A DNA stretch of 64,000 nucleotides from Spirochaetia bacterium (GTDB taxonomy: Bacteria; Spirochaetota; Spirochaetia; SZUA-6; Bin103), in assembly GCA_965203515.1 (NCBI GenBank), contig OZ241907.1:1888001-1952000 (forward strand). Direction: 5' to 3'. The notes under the pieces are model-generated. The model was not told where the DNA came from. It made no database searches and saw only the letters and a program-made list of their open reading frames with translations. Shown in pieces: positions 45,795 to 54,662 of the stretch (its first letter is position 1; every line of letters begins with the position of its first letter). The translations under genes were made by a program, and so were the position numbers.

Positions 45795-46778
45795 ATGGGC
45801 TCGTACATCATCCGGCGCCTGCTGATCATGGTCCCCACGGTAGCGCTGATCGCGGTGCTCACCTTCGTCGTGGTGGAGCTGCCGCCCGGAGACTACGCCA
45901 GCCGCGTCGCGGAGGCGATGGAGCTGCGCGGCGAGAACGTCGATCCCGAGCTGATCCAGGCGATCCGCGAGCTGCATCGCCTGGACGATCCGCCCGTGGT
46001 CCGCTTCTTCGGCTGGCTGGGCGACCTGGCGCGCGGCGATCTGGGCTACTCGATCGAGTTCCGCATGCCGGTCCGGGAGATGTTCGCCGACCGCTTTCCG
46101 ATCACCATCCTGCTGTCGGTCGCTTCGATGCTGTTCACCTGGGCGGTGGCGTTCCCGATCGGGCTCTATACGGCCGTGCGCCAGTACTCGGTCGGCGATT
46201 ACTTCTGGAGCGTGATCGGCTTCTTCGGGCTGTCGGTCCCCAACTTCCTGCTGGCGCTGGTGCTGATGTACTTCTCCGCCAAGTACTTCGGCGGTGCGAT
46301 CGGCGGTCTGTTCTCGCGCGAGTTCGAGGATGCCGCCTGGAGCGTGCCCCGGGTGCTCGATCTGCTCAAGAACCTGGCGATACCGGTCATCGTGGTCGGC
46401 ACCGCGTCGACCGCGGGGCTGATCCGCATCCTGCGCGCCAACCTCCTCGACGAGTTGAAGCGCCCCTACGTGGAGTTGGCGCGCGCCAAGGGGCTGACCG
46501 AACGGCGGCTCATCATGAAGTACCCGCTGCGCATCGCCATCAATCCGTTCCTGTCCGGCGCCGGCAGCATCCTGCCGGGACTCATCTCCGGCGCGGTGAT
46601 CACGGAGATCGTGCTCGACCTGCCGGCCATGGGGCCGGTCTTCTGGCGCGCGATCCGCGCCGAGGACATGGCGCTGGTGCAGAGCTACATGCTGCTCATC
46701 GCCATCCTCACCGTGATCGGCACGCTGGTATCCGACCTCCTGCTGGCGGCGGCCGACCCGCGCATCCGCTATGAGTAG
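45795..46778 (+). CDS. ABC permease (OppB type)
   Basis: ELPPGD, ARAKGL, DPRIRY. Confidence 0.92.
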   Translation: MGSYIIRRLLIMVPTVALIAVLTFVVVELPPGDYASRVAEAMELRGENVDPELIQAIRELHRLDDPPVVRFFGWLGDLARGDLGYSIEFRMPVREMFADRFPITILLSVASMLFTWAVAFPIGLYTAVRQYSVGDYFWSVIGFFGLSVPNFLLALVLMYFSAKYFGGAIGGLFSREFEDAAWSVPRVLDLLKNLAIPVIVVGTASTAGLIRILRANLLDELKRPYVELARAKGLTERRLIMKYPLRIAINPFLSGAGSILPGLISGAVITEIVLDLPAMGPVFWRAIRAEDMALVQSYMLLIAILTVIGTLVSDLLLAAADPRIRYE

Positions 46779-47916
46779 CGGCGCCGTCGCGGAGGCCGCC
46801 GCTCCGGTCGGCCCCCGGCCGCAGGTCTACGACGCCAGTCAATGGCGTCTGATGCGGACCGCCTTCTTCAAGCACCGGCTGGCGGTCGTGGGAGCGGTGA
46901 TCGTGACCATGGGCTACCTGTGCCTGGCGTTCGCGGAGTTCCTGGCGCCCTACGACCCGACGCGCGGCGCCTACGTGTCGCCGACGCAGTCCAACCAGCT
47001 CATACCGCCGCGGCTGCCGCGGATCTTCAGCCCGGACGGCGCGCTGCGCTGGCCGTACGTGCACCCGCTGAAGGAGACGCGCGACCGGGTTACGCTGCGG
47101 GTCACCTACGAGGAGGATCGCCGCGTCAGCTACCCGATCCGCTTCTTCGTGCGCGGCGAGCGCTACAAGATGTGGGGCCTGTTCCGGTCCGACCTGCATC
47201 TCTGGGGGGTCGACGGCGACACGCGCCTGAACCTGCTGGGCACCGATCAGAAGGCGCGCGACGTCTTCTCGCGCGTGCTGTGGGGCACGCGCGTCTCGCT
47301 CAGCATCGGCCTGCTGGGCGTGCTGATCACCTTCGTGCTGGCGATCGTCCTGGGCACGGTCTCCGGCTACTACTCGGGACCGGTCGACACGGTGATCCAG
47401 CGCGTGATCGAGGTGATCTCCAGCGTGCCGACGCTGCCGCTGTGGATGGTGCTGTCGATCTCGATCCCGCTGAACTGGCCGCTGGAGCGGGTCTTCTTCG
47501 CCATCACCGTGATCCTGGCGCTGCTCTCCTGGCCGGGGCTGGCGCGGACCGTGCGCGGCAAGGTGCTGGCGCTGCGCGAGACCGATTACGCGATCGCCGC
47601 CCAGCTCGACAACGGCTCGACCCGGCGCGTGATGTTCGTACACGTGATCCCCGGCGTGATGAGCCACCTGATCGCTTCGCTGACCCTGTCGATCCCCGGC
47701 ATGATCCTGGGCGAGACCAGCCTGAGCTTCCTGGGGCTGGGCCTGCACGAGCCGGTGGTGAGCTGGGGCGTGATGCTGCAGGACGCGCAGCAGCTCCGCA
47801 CCATCCTGTTTGCGCCGTGGCTGCTCTGGCCCGTGGCGGCCGTGGTGATCTTCATCCTGGCCTTCAACTTCGTGGGCGACGGCCTGCGCGACGCCGCCGA
47901 CCCGTACAAGTCGTAG
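46771..47916 (+). CDS. ABC permease (OppC type)
   Basis: LGTDQKARDVFSR, ETSLSFLGLG, GDGLRDAADPY. Confidence 0.92.
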   Translation: MSSGAVAEAAAPVGPRPQVYDASQWRLMRTAFFKHRLAVVGAVIVTMGYLCLAFAEFLAPYDPTRGAYVSPTQSNQLIPPRLPRIFSPDGALRWPYVHPLKETRDRVTLRVTYEEDRRVSYPIRFFVRGERYKMWGLFRSDLHLWGVDGDTRLNLLGTDQKARDVFSRVLWGTRVSLSIGLLGVLITFVLAIVLGTVSGYYSGPVDTVIQRVIEVISSVPTLPLWMVLSISIPLNWPLERVFFAITVILALLSWPGLARTVRGKVLALRETDYAIAAQLDNGSTRRVMFVHVIPGVMSHLIASLTLSIPGMILGETSLSFLGLGLHEPVVSWGVMLQDAQQLRTILFAPWLLWPVAAVVIFILAFNFVGDGLRDAADPYKS

Positions 47917-47982
47917 CCTTGCGCGCCGGTGCGGCGGCGCGTACCATGTCGCAATGCACTCCAACGGAAAGGAAGGTCCGAT

Positions 47983-49986
47983 ATGACGAAGAAGATGGTT
48001 CGCTACGGTTTGCTGGCGTTGCTCACCTGCGCCGGCGCCGCCTTGGCGTTCGCCGCCGGGGAAGGCGAGGAGGCGATGATGGCCGACGGCGGTTCGGCCG
48101 CCGTGATCGCCGACAACCACGGCATGAACGCCTGGGACCTGTCGGCATGGCAGCAGGTCACCGGGCAGATGCTGACCCTCACGCAGGCGCCGATGCTCGA
48201 CGCCATGGACCTGCCGCCGCTGGAGCAACGGCTTCCGGACGAGCCGCTGGTCCTGCTGCCCACCAGCCAGGTGAAGAAGATCGGCGCCTACCAGGACGTC
48301 GCCAGGATTCAGGGAGGCGGACCCGAGGCGGTCGCCGCCAACCATTCGCGGGTCATGTGCCGCTCCGCCGAGTATGGCGGCCAGGTCAACCAGTTCCTGC
48401 GCACCTGCCAGGCGATGGAGTCGTCCAATGACGGCCGCACCTGGACCATGACGCTGCGCAAGGGCGCCAGGTACTCGGACGGCAGCCCGGTCACCACCGA
48501 GGACGTCGCCTTCTTCGTCGAGGACGTCGCCCACTACGAGCCGTTTGGCGTGGCCGTCACCGGTGGATCGCGCCACATCGCGGATGCGGAGTTCGAGGTC
48601 ATCGACGACTACACGTTCAGCTTCACCTACCCGCAGACCAATATCGCCGAGGTGGGACGGCTGGCCGAGCACTACCTGGTCTGGTTCCACAAGGGCTACC
48701 TGAGCCAGTTCCACCCGAAGTACGCCGGGCAGGACAAGGTCGACGCCATGGCCAAGGAGGCCGGCTTTGCCACCGCCGCCGAGTTCTTCAAGGACCGGAT
48801 CGACGAGGGGCAGGGCTTCCCGCGCGCCAACCCCGATCTGCCGACGATGTCGCCGTGGGTGCTCAAGGTCGGGGCGCCGGCCACCACCTACGTGTTCGAG
48901 CGCAACCCGTATTATCTTGCGGTCGACGCGATCGGCCAGCAGCTCCCGTACTTCGATGAGGTGCGCCAGGATTCGACCACCGATCCGACCGTGCTCAAGT
49001 TGCGCGCGCTGAACGGCGAATACGATTGGGCGTTCTTTCTGGGGCTCGATATCTTCCCGGCCGCCAAGACGGCCGAGGCGAACGAGCAGACCATCCGCGC
49101 GGTGAGCTGGGGCGGCACGCATCTGGTCGGCGGCGCGCAGCTCCTGGAGTTCAACCAGACCACCAACGATCCCGACATGCGCGAGCTGATCTCCAGCCGC
49201 GACTTCCGCTGCGGCGTCTCGCACGCTGTCAACCGCGAGGCGATCGCCACGCTGATCTACTTCGGCGCGGTGCCGTACGGGCCGCTGGCGTACTCAGAAC
49301 GCAGCCCGTACTACAACGAGCGCGCTGCCACGGTGTGCGGCGACTACGACCTGGAGACGGCCAACCGCCTGCTCGACGGCGCTGGCCTGAACGAGCGTGA
49401 CGAGGACGACAACCGCCTGTGGAAGGGCAAGCCGCTGGCGTTCACCGCGACGATACGCGTTCAGTACAACAGCGCCGAAGTGGCCGACCTGGTCAAGATC
49501 AACTTGGCCGACGTCGGCATCAACATGAACATCCGCTCGACCGACGGGTGGGGCGGACTGCAGTCGGTGCGCAACAGCGGCGAGATGCAGGCGTACATCG
49601 GCCCGGCGTGGAGCACCTACTCGACCGCCGTGCTGGAGACCGCCAGCTTCGGAGCGCCGTACAGCAACCACGCCTACTTCGCGCCCAAGTGGACGCAGTG
49701 GGTCGCCACGGACGGCGCCGAGGGCGAGGAGCCGCCGGACGTGATCAAGGAAGGCGTGGCGCTTCGCCAACTGCTGGCGACCCAGGCCGACATCGACGAT
49801 CGGATCGCCACCATGAAGCGGATCACCGACCTGCATGCCGACAACCTGTGGGCGATCGGCATCGTCGGCGGGGTGAACACGATCATCACCTCGTACGACA
49901 TGGCCAACGTGCCGGGGGACGACCCCGCGAACTGCTGGCATTGCGGCGACCTCGGCCGGCCGGAGGTCTGGTTCCGCGACCAGTAG
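47983..49986 (+). CDS. ABC substrate-binding protein (family 5)
   Basis: RBS; signal peptide; LPPLEQRLP, YSDGSPVTTED, RNPYY..GQQLPY. Confidence 0.9.
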   Translation: MTKKMVRYGLLALLTCAGAALAFAAGEGEEAMMADGGSAAVIADNHGMNAWDLSAWQQVTGQMLTLTQAPMLDAMDLPPLEQRLPDEPLVLLPTSQVKKIGAYQDVARIQGGGPEAVAANHSRVMCRSAEYGGQVNQFLRTCQAMESSNDGRTWTMTLRKGARYSDGSPVTTEDVAFFVEDVAHYEPFGVAVTGGSRHIADAEFEVIDDYTFSFTYPQTNIAEVGRLAEHYLVWFHKGYLSQFHPKYAGQDKVDAMAKEAGFATAAEFFKDRIDEGQGFPRANPDLPTMSPWVLKVGAPATTYVFERNPYYLAVDAIGQQLPYFDEVRQDSTTDPTVLKLRALNGEYDWAFFLGLDIFPAAKTAEANEQTIRAVSWGGTHLVGGAQLLEFNQTTNDPDMRELISSRDFRCGVSHAVNREAIATLIYFGAVPYGPLAYSERSPYYNERAATVCGDYDLETANRLLDGAGLNERDEDDNRLWKGKPLAFTATIRVQYNSAEVADLVKINLADVGINMNIRSTDGWGGLQSVRNSGEMQAYIGPAWSTYSTAVLETASFGAPYSNHAYFAPKWTQWVATDGAEGEEPPDVIKEGVALRQLLATQADIDDRIATMKRITDLHADNLWAIGIVGGVNTIITSYDMANVPGDDPANCWHCGDLGRPEVWFRDQ

Positions 49987-50021
49987 GCGATCGCGCGGGA
50001 TCGCGTATCCCGGCGGGATTC

Positions 50022-51632
50022 TCAGCCCGCCCCTGCGCCCGATGACGGCGCCGGAGTCGGCTCGACCGAGCCGACTCCCGGCGCCTCGTGCGGGTCGAGG
50101 AACACCTCCCGGTACAGCGATTCGATGCGCACGATCTCGGCGCCGGTCAGCGCGGCGAATTCCCGCGTCCGGCCGCGGCGCGACAAGGTCCCGCGGTTCT
50201 GACGGAGGAACCGGCACAGCAGGTCGGACAGCCGGTCCGGCATGTCGACGATCAGATTCAGTCCGGTGCGAAACGCATCATGGCGCCGCAGGAACTCGGC
50301 CTCGTCCGGCAGATGGCGCTCGATGGTGTCTTGAACGCATCCATACAGGAATTCGGCGTGCGGGGTGGCATCGAAGAACCGGTAGAAGTCGGCCGTGTCG
50401 TTCAGCACCGCGACGTTGCCCCCTGCGGTCGGTTCCCAGTCCACCGCCGGCAACAGTCTCTTCGAGTAATCTTCGAGGACCGTTCGGTAGTCGTGGATGC
50501 GCTCCAGAATCGCCGCTGAGACCGGAAAGGTGACCCCCAGCGGATTGAAGCCCCGTTGCGCCAGCAGGTGGTGGATCAGGTAGCGGTGCACTCTGCCATT
50601 GCCGTCGTCAAACGGGTGGATGTAGACGAATCCGAACGCCAGCACGGCGGCGGCCAGCACCGGATCGAGCTCCCGCGCCGCCTTCCGGTCGAAGGCGATC
50701 AGGCCGTCGACCAGCCCCGCCAGATCTTCCGGCTTGGCGCTCACGTGGTCCGGGATCGGCTGCTGCGTCGTTCGATCCCGCGCGCCGACGAATCCGCCTT
50801 CCGTGCGCAGACCGAGCCGCACGAAGCGGGCGTCGCCGATCACGATGCGCTGCAGGCGGCACAGTTCGTCGAGGTGGAGCGGCTGCCGGCCCGCTTGGCC
50901 GATCGCCTGGCCCCAGCGCCGGATGCGGTTCTGGGGCGGCCGCTCACCTTCGATGGCGTAGCTCGACCGGGAATCCTCGAGCAGCAGGAACGCCGCCGCG
51001 CGCGCCAGCAGGTCGCGCGGCACCGCCGCCGCGGCGGCTCGTGCGCGGCCCTGCAGGTCCAGCGCAATGCAGCGGTCCAGGCGTTCGCTGCGGGACACCA
51101 GCGGGCAGAACCCGGGGGTGCCGGGGAGGTTGTTCTTGACTCGATGGCGGGCGGAGTTCTCGGCGCCGGCCGCGTATTGCCGCTGCGGATCGACCACCGG
51201 CGGATAGGCGCCGCGGTCGGCATTCGGCAGGTCGAGCCGCCGCCCCGTGAGCCACTCGTAGAGGAACCAGAGGCGCCGTGCGTAGGCGCCGGTCGGCGCG
51301 GCCCGCACCAGCGCTTCGATCGGCGCCGGACCGCTGGCGGCGTAGAGGCGCTTGAGCACGGCGAGGTCGATGCCTTCATGTCTCAGGGCGAAGATCAGGT
51401 GGCCTGCCAAACTGGGCGGGGGCGCGTAGCGCGGCGAGTAGATGCGCCAGCCGTCTTGCACCAGGAAGCGATGACGCTCCCCAATGGCGCTCAGCGTGCG
51501 CGGGAGCGGCACGTTCAGATCACAGGCGTCGATGAGCGCCGCATAGCCCGCCGGGGCGGCGGTTACGGGAAGGCGCTGGTCCCGAAAAACGTTAACTGGT
51601 GGTGAAAAACGATGCTGTATAGCCTCACCCAT
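50022..51632 (-). CDS. Fic-family protein
   Basis: HPFDDGNGRVHR; YARRLWFLYEWLTG; probable ATG at 51632. Confidence 0.9.
   Translation of the reverse strand: MGEAIQHRFSPPVNVFRDQRLPVTAAPAGYAALIDACDLNVPLPRTLSAIGERHRFLVQDGWRIYSPRYAPPPSLAGHLIFALRHEGIDLAVLKRLYAASGPAPIEALVRAAPTGAYARRLWFLYEWLTGRRLDLPNADRGAYPPVVDPQRQYAAGAENSARHRVKNNLPGTPGFCPLVSRSERLDRCIALDLQGRARAAAAAVPRDLLARAAAFLLLEDSRSSYAIEGERPPQNRIRRWGQAIGQAGRQPLHLDELCRLQRIVIGDARFVRLGLRTEGGFVGARDRTTQQPIPDHVSAKPEDLAGLVDGLIAFDRKAARELDPVLAAAVLAFGFVYIHPFDDGNGRVHRYLIHHLLAQRGFNPLGVTFPVSAAILERIHDYRTVLEDYSKRLLPAVDWEPTAGGNVAVLNDTADFYRFFDATPHAEFLYGCVQDTIERHLPDEAEFLRRHDAFRTGLNLIVDMPDRLSDLLCRFLRQNRGTLSRRGRTREFAALTGAEIVRIESLYREVFLDPHEAPGVGSVEPTPAPSSGAGAG
50047..50085. 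terminator. Near-perfect 39-bp palindrome; possible bidirectional terminator or REP-like element
   Basis: ggcgccggagtcggctcg-ac-cgagccgactcccggcgcc where convergent genes meet. Confidence 0.55.
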
Positions 51633-51771
51633 GCAAGACCGGGAATCCTTTGGAAGTAGTAGCGCCGCCTGGCGCGCCTCGCCTGCGATGATCCGGGGTG
51701 AAGACGCTTGCCATGACGCCGGCAGTGTAACGCGGGTACGCTCCGCTTGTGGGCTACCGGCTGATGGAGCG

Positions 51772-52416
51772 ATGATGGACCGGGCCGTCGCAAACCCGGC
51801 CGCGCAGGAGGCGGCCGCCGCGAACCGGGCGCACGCCGAGCGGATGCGCGCGCTGCAGGCGGAGCAGCGGGCCAAGGCGGCGCGGGCCGTGAATCCGCGG
51901 CGCGGGCTGGTGCTGGTGCACACCGGCAACGGCAAGGGCAAGTCGAGCGCCGCCTTCGGCGTCGCCGCGCGCGCCCTCGGCTGGGGGCAGCGCGTGGCGA
52001 TCGTGCAGTTCATCAAGGGCGCCTGGAAGACCGGCGAACGCCAGTTCTTCAGCCGCTTCCCGGAGCAGCTCGAATGGCGCACGACCGGGCAGGGGTTCAC
52101 CTGGGACACGCAGGACCGGGAGGCGGACTCCGCCGCGGCGCGGTCGGCGCTCGCCATGGCGCGGGAGTTGATCGCCGGCGGCGGCTTCGAGCTCGTGGTG
52201 CTCGACGAGATCAACGTGGTGATGAGCTACGATTACCTGCCGCCGGAGGCCGTGGTGGCGTGCCTGGAGGCGCGGGCGGCCCGCACCCACGTGGTCCTGA
52301 CCGGGCGCGGGGCTCCGCCGGAACTGATCGAGTACGCCGACCTGGTGAGCGAGATGGTCGAGATCAAGCACCCGTTCCAGGCCGGCATCAAGGCCCAGCG
52401 CGGCATCGACTTCTGA
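51772..52416 (+). CDS. cobO: Cob(I)yrinic acid a,c-diamide adenosyltransferase (CobO/BtuR)
   Basis: HTGNGKGKSSAAFG, VQFIKG, LDEIN, LTGR, KHPFQAGIKAQRGIDF. Confidence 0.95.
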   Translation: MMDRAVANPAAQEAAAANRAHAERMRALQAEQRAKAARAVNPRRGLVLVHTGNGKGKSSAAFGVAARALGWGQRVAIVQFIKGAWKTGERQFFSRFPEQLEWRTTGQGFTWDTQDREADSAAARSALAMARELIAGGGFELVVLDEINVVMSYDYLPPEAVVACLEARAARTHVVLTGRGAPPELIEYADLVSEMVEIKHPFQAGIKAQRGIDF

Positions 52417-52444
52417 TTCACGTTTGGTACGTATGGGCAAGGGT

Positions 52445-54514
52445 CTATCTGTCATCACGGGCCGGCGCCTGATCCGCTAGCTGCACCAGAAGCTGCTTGC
52501 CGTCCAGGGTTTGGCGCGCCCAATACAGGTTCTGGTATTGATCGTAGCCGCTCTCTGCCAAGTTGGCCGTGCCGGTCGCGCGGGTACCGCCGGCCGGGGC
52601 CGAAAAGGTCACGGTAGGGGCGGAGGTGTAGCCGCTCCCGCCGTTGGTGACCCTCACCGACGCGACGCCGTAGCGCAGCACCGCGGTGCCGGCGGCGGTG
52701 GCGCCGCCACTCGGCGCGGCCGTGAAGGTCACGGTAGGGGCAGACGTGTAGCCGCTCCCGCCGTTCGTGACGTTCACCGACGCCACGCCGTAACGCAGCA
52801 CTGCGGTGCCGGCGGCGGTGGCGCCGCCGCTCGGCGCGGCCGCGAAGGTCACGGTGGGGGCGGAGGTGTAGCCGCTCCCGCCGTCCGTGACGTCCACTGA
52901 CGCGACGCCGTAGCGCAGCGCCGCGGTGCCGGTTGCGGTGGTGCCGCCGGCAGGCGCGGCCGCGAAGGTCACGGCAGGGGCGGAGGTGTAACCGCTCCCG
53001 CCGTTGGTGACCCTCACCGACGCGACGCCGCTCTGCAGCACCGCGGTGCCGGTTGCCGTAACACTACCACTCAGCTGGGCCGCCGAAAAACGTTACGGAA
53101 GGGGCTGACGTGTAGCCGCTCCCCGGGTTCGTGATCGTCACGGCATCTAACCTGCTTGATCGCAAGTTAGCGTTGGCGGCCGCGCCGCTGCCCCCTCCTC
53201 CCGAAAACGTGACGGAAGGGACAGACGTGTAGCCGCGCCCACCGTTCGTCACGGTTACGGAACTCACTTGACCGCCACTGATCGCCGCTGTAGCGGTTGC
53301 CTGGGTGCCACCGGTCGGCGGAGCGCCAATCGTCACGGTGGGGGCGGACGTGTAACCGCTCCCCCCGACGCTCACCAACACGGTATATACTTCAGATCGC
53401 CGCGTTGCGGTGCCGGTCGCCGTGGCGCCTCCGGACGGCGCCGCCCCGAACGTGACGGTTGGGTCAGAGGTATAACCGTTCCCGCGGTTCGTGAACGTCA
53501 CTGACGCGACGCCGCTTTGCCGTACCGCGGTAGCGACCGCGCCGCTGCCGCCTCCGCCCGAAAACGTGACGGCAGGGACCGCCGCGTAGCCGTTTCCTGC
53601 GGTCCCGACCGTCACGGAATCGACGTGCCGGGTCCCCACTGCGGTCCCGGTTGCCGTGGCGCCGCCGGGCGGCGCCGCCCCGAACGTTACGCCGGGAACC
53701 GCCGTGTAGCCGCTCCCGGCGGTCGTAATCGTCACGGAATCGACGTGCCGGGTCCCCACCGCGGCGCCGGTTGCCGCGGCGCCGGAGGGCGGGGCCGAAA
53801 AGGTCACGGTTGGAACCGAGGGGTAGCCGCTCCCTGCGGTCGTAATCGCCACGGAGTCGACGCTGCCGGACCTTACCGCGGTGCCGGTTGCGGTGGCGCC
53901 GCCGGACGGCGGCGCCGAAAAGGTCACGGTCGGGTCTGTCGTGTAGCCGCTCCCCGGGTTGGTGATCGTGACCGACTCAACCGTGTCGCCGGCGCCCGAC
54001 TGATCGGGGGCGGTGAGCACCAGCACCAGTTCTCCCGCCCGCACCTCGGCGGCAACCGTCCACTCCGCGCCGGAGAGATCGGGGGTGAAGACCGGGTTGG
54101 CTCGCGTGCTCGTGAACGGCAGCTCGCGCCCGCCGATCGAAACGCGCACGCCGCCGGCGGTGATCCGCTCCCAGGCATAGGGCGCGGAGCGGTTGGTCAA
54201 CAGGTGCGCGCGGTAGCTGTCACCAAAGTCGGCCGCGCTGATCGTCCAGCGCTGCTCGGCCGGCTGCGAGGTGGGCGGCTGCGAAGTCGGCGGCGGCTCG
54301 CTCGGTGGCTTACCCCCCCCCCCCCTTGGGCCGGGTCGGCGGGCGCGGCGGAGGGGCGCGCCGCGGGCGCGCACGCCATTAGCGCGGCGACTCCGGCGGC
54401 CAGCAACAGCGATACCAGCGATGCTCTACCCACGATTCCCCTCCGGTGGCGTGTCCGCCCGTCGATCACCCGCCGGCCGTCGTTGGCGATTGGCCGCGAG
54501 CCGGACCGCGCCAT
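52445..54514 (-). pseudogene. Repeat-rich surface lipoprotein (12 x ~40-aa VTNGGSGYTSAPTVTF repeats) broken by two homopolymer frameshifts
   Basis: Lipobox-like LLLAAGVAALMAC in one frame; C13 at 54313-54325 and A5 at 53086-53090 (plus strand) shift into ORFs 53064-54374 and 52445-53041; start uncertain. Confidence 0.75.
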
Positions 54515-54554
54515 GATAGCACGCGCTCCCCCACGCTGACCACCTGCGTATTGC
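54500..54554 (+). repeat. Imperfect ~55-bp direct repeat left of the HNH gene (partner 56052-56106)
   Basis: gccggaccgcgccatgatagcacgcgctcccccacgctgaccacctgcgtattgc. Confidence 0.85.
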
Positions 54555-54625
54555 TGCGCTGCGTCCAGCCGCTTGGGAATGCGCCGCCGAGTCACGCCCG
54601 CAGGTGCCATCTTCCGGGCCGGATA

Positions 54626-54662
54626 ACTTGACTCAAGTAGTTTCCATGATTATACTTATATC
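54626..54662 (+). promoter_or_regulatory. Near-consensus sigma70 promoter, probably leaderless, with a palindrome over -35
   Basis: TTGACT(54628)-17 bp-TATACT(54651), ATG 6 bp later; ACTTGA-C-TCAAGT. Confidence 0.75.

Noticed and set aside
51640..51770. Cobalamin riboswitch upstream of cobO
   Set aside because: Only scattered words (gggaa, ggtgaa, tgtaa); no recognisable B12 box or stem order, and the space is short; an Rfam scan would settle it
51633..52214. N-terminal extension of the second Fic ORF (730 aa)
   Set aside because: It is antisense to cobO and the intergenic region; Fic-like sequence begins near 51632
52560..53990. ~120-bp repeats as a CRISPR or non-coding array
   Set aside because: They translate into a coherent protein repeat on the minus strand
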